Shown here one piece after another: positions 63,292 through 64,000 of a DNA stretch of 64,000 bases. The notes beneath the pieces are model-generated. The model was not told where the DNA came from. It was given only the letters and a program-made list of their open reading frames with translations, and did not search any database. Source of the stretch: Thermoplasmata archaeon (GTDB lineage Archaea; Thermoplasmatota; Thermoplasmata; RBG-16-68-12); NCBI GenBank assembly GCA_035632695.1, contig DASQGG010000019.1:3701-67700 (forward strand), given 5' to 3'. A program made the position numbers and the translations under genes. Every line of letters begins with the position of its first letter. The first letter of the stretch is position 1.

Positions 63292-64000
63292 ATGGCCCTC
63301 CTCGATCAGTTCCGGACGGAACCGCTCCCGACGAAGTGGCAGGACGAGGGCCGCCTCTGGCAGGAGACGTACTTCCCCGAGATGCCCGTCGTCCTGGACG
63401 CGGCGAACTGGAATCGATACTATCCCGGGACGCCCCTCCCGCTCCTGACGTGTGTGCTCGCGAAGCCGGACGGCTTCGCGGACTTCGCGCGCAAGGTCGT
63501 CGGCGCGACGTCAGCCACCGCGGACCTCACCACGCGCGTCTGGAAGGCCGACGACATGCCGGACAACCAGTACATGACCGCTTTGAAGATCATCCGCGCC
63601 CAGGCGTCCACGGAGCTCGGGTCCATCCAGCAGCACCGGATGGTGTACGAGCAGCTCGACTCCGGGTCCCTGAACGGCCTCGACCGGGAGGTCGTCGAGG
63701 GCATGCACCGCACGGACCCGACGGGCCACCGGCTCGACGCGATCTCGTTCTCCAAGAAGCGCGTCTGCGTGGAGGAGCTGCGGCACCACATGCAGATGGC
63801 GGGCGTCCTCACCCTGGATGCGAGCTTCGACCGGACCCGGTGGGGGCACCACTGGGCCACGGAGACCATGGAGGAGCTCTTCGCGATGAAGCCTGGGGAG
63901 CACGTCCTCGACGCGTTCAATATCGAGTTCAAGAGCATCATGGACTCCGCGACGTTCCTGAGCCTAATCGACCGCGTGGGGAAGTTCCAGCTCGAGATGC
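63292..64000 (+). CDS. Ferritin-like di-iron oxygenase (phenylacetyl-CoA epoxidase PaaA/BoxB-like), truncated at the window end.
   Basis: Manual translation gives MALLDQFRTEP...LKIIRAQASTELGSIQQH...VEGMH...VCVEELRHH. Two ExxH motifs about 27 aa apart are typical of four-helix-bundle diiron enzymes. A TATA-like AAATTTATAGAAATCC lies at 63232-63247 and a GGGAGGG SD is present. Confidence 0.4.
   Translation, partial: MALLDQFRTEPLPTKWQDEGRLWQETYFPEMPVVLDAANWNRYYPGTPLPLLTCVLAKPDGFADFARKVVGATSATADLTTRVWKADDMPDNQYMTALKIIRAQASTELGSIQQHRMVYEQLDSGSLNGLDREVVEGMHRTDPTGHRLDAISFSKKRVCVEELRHHMQMAGVLTLDASFDRTRWGHHWATETMEELFAMKPGEHVLDAFNIEFKSIMDSATFLSLIDRVGKFQLEM

Noticed and set aside
1-64000. I searched for rRNA genes, tRNA genes and CRISPR repeat-spacer arrays, and for long direct or inverted repeats suggesting IS elements.
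   Set aside because: I found no regularly spaced direct repeats. No rRNA-like conserved stretches were visible. No clover-leaf could be folded by eye in the larger spacers (7583-7850, 10124-10398, 14934-15161, 35341-35930). No transposase-like ORFs were seen. A tRNA with an intron cannot be excluded without tRNAscan-SE.

Overview
This window looks like a high-GC (about 65-68%) archaeal chromosome segment, compactly packed with genes, probably from a Thermoplasmatota-like euryarchaeon. The lineage guess rests on an endonuclease V with an N-terminal MGMT-like domain and on a conserved block reading, right to left on the minus strand, pop5, proteasome alpha, SBDS, rrp4, rrp41, rrp42.

Left third (1-17.7 kb): the exosome/proteasome/RNase P superoperon, with ftsZ and two tandem single-domain KaiC/RecA-like ATPases sitting just upstream of it. 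Further right come RNase HII, an MtaD-like amidohydrolase, the MGMT-EndoV fusion, panE, the TATA-binding protein, TatD, acylphosphatase, a CBS-domain protein and a histone-deacetylase-family enzyme.

Middle (17.8-31.9 kb): a PKD-domain surface glycoprotein, GNAT, an M24 peptidase, RNase P Rpp21, an S17e-ABC transporter operon, beta-oxidation enzymes, two DMT transporters and an ATP-dependent DNA ligase.

Right half (32-64 kb) is catabolic. It holds a 2-oxoacid dehydrogenase operon (E1a, E1b, E2, E3, LipB) interrupted by a TPR gene, an antisense V4R-domain gene and a secreted membrane-anchored glycoprotein. It also holds a V4R-fixC-etfB-etfA operon with a divergent fixX, lipA cotranscribed with an orphan second E1a, leuCDB, and a homogentisate-pathway and aromatic cluster (hmgA, an FAH-family hydrolase, a VOC/HPPD-like protein, a PaaA-like diiron oxygenase). 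Acyl-CoA ligase, enoyl-CoA hydratases, a DNA glycosylase AlkZ-like gene and dCMP deaminase follow.

I found no rRNA, no CRISPR array, no clear tRNA and no obvious mobile element.

A BRE/TATA-like element of the type AAGG(G)TTWTRG or GTTTATC recurs about 27-35 bp upstream of many start codons, several of which look leaderless. Many neighbouring genes overlap by 4 nt (ATGA or GTGA), which implies translational coupling.

The long six-frame ORFs with Arg/Pro-rich products that run antisense to, or extend upstream of, real genes are artefacts of the high GC content; I trimmed starts accordingly.
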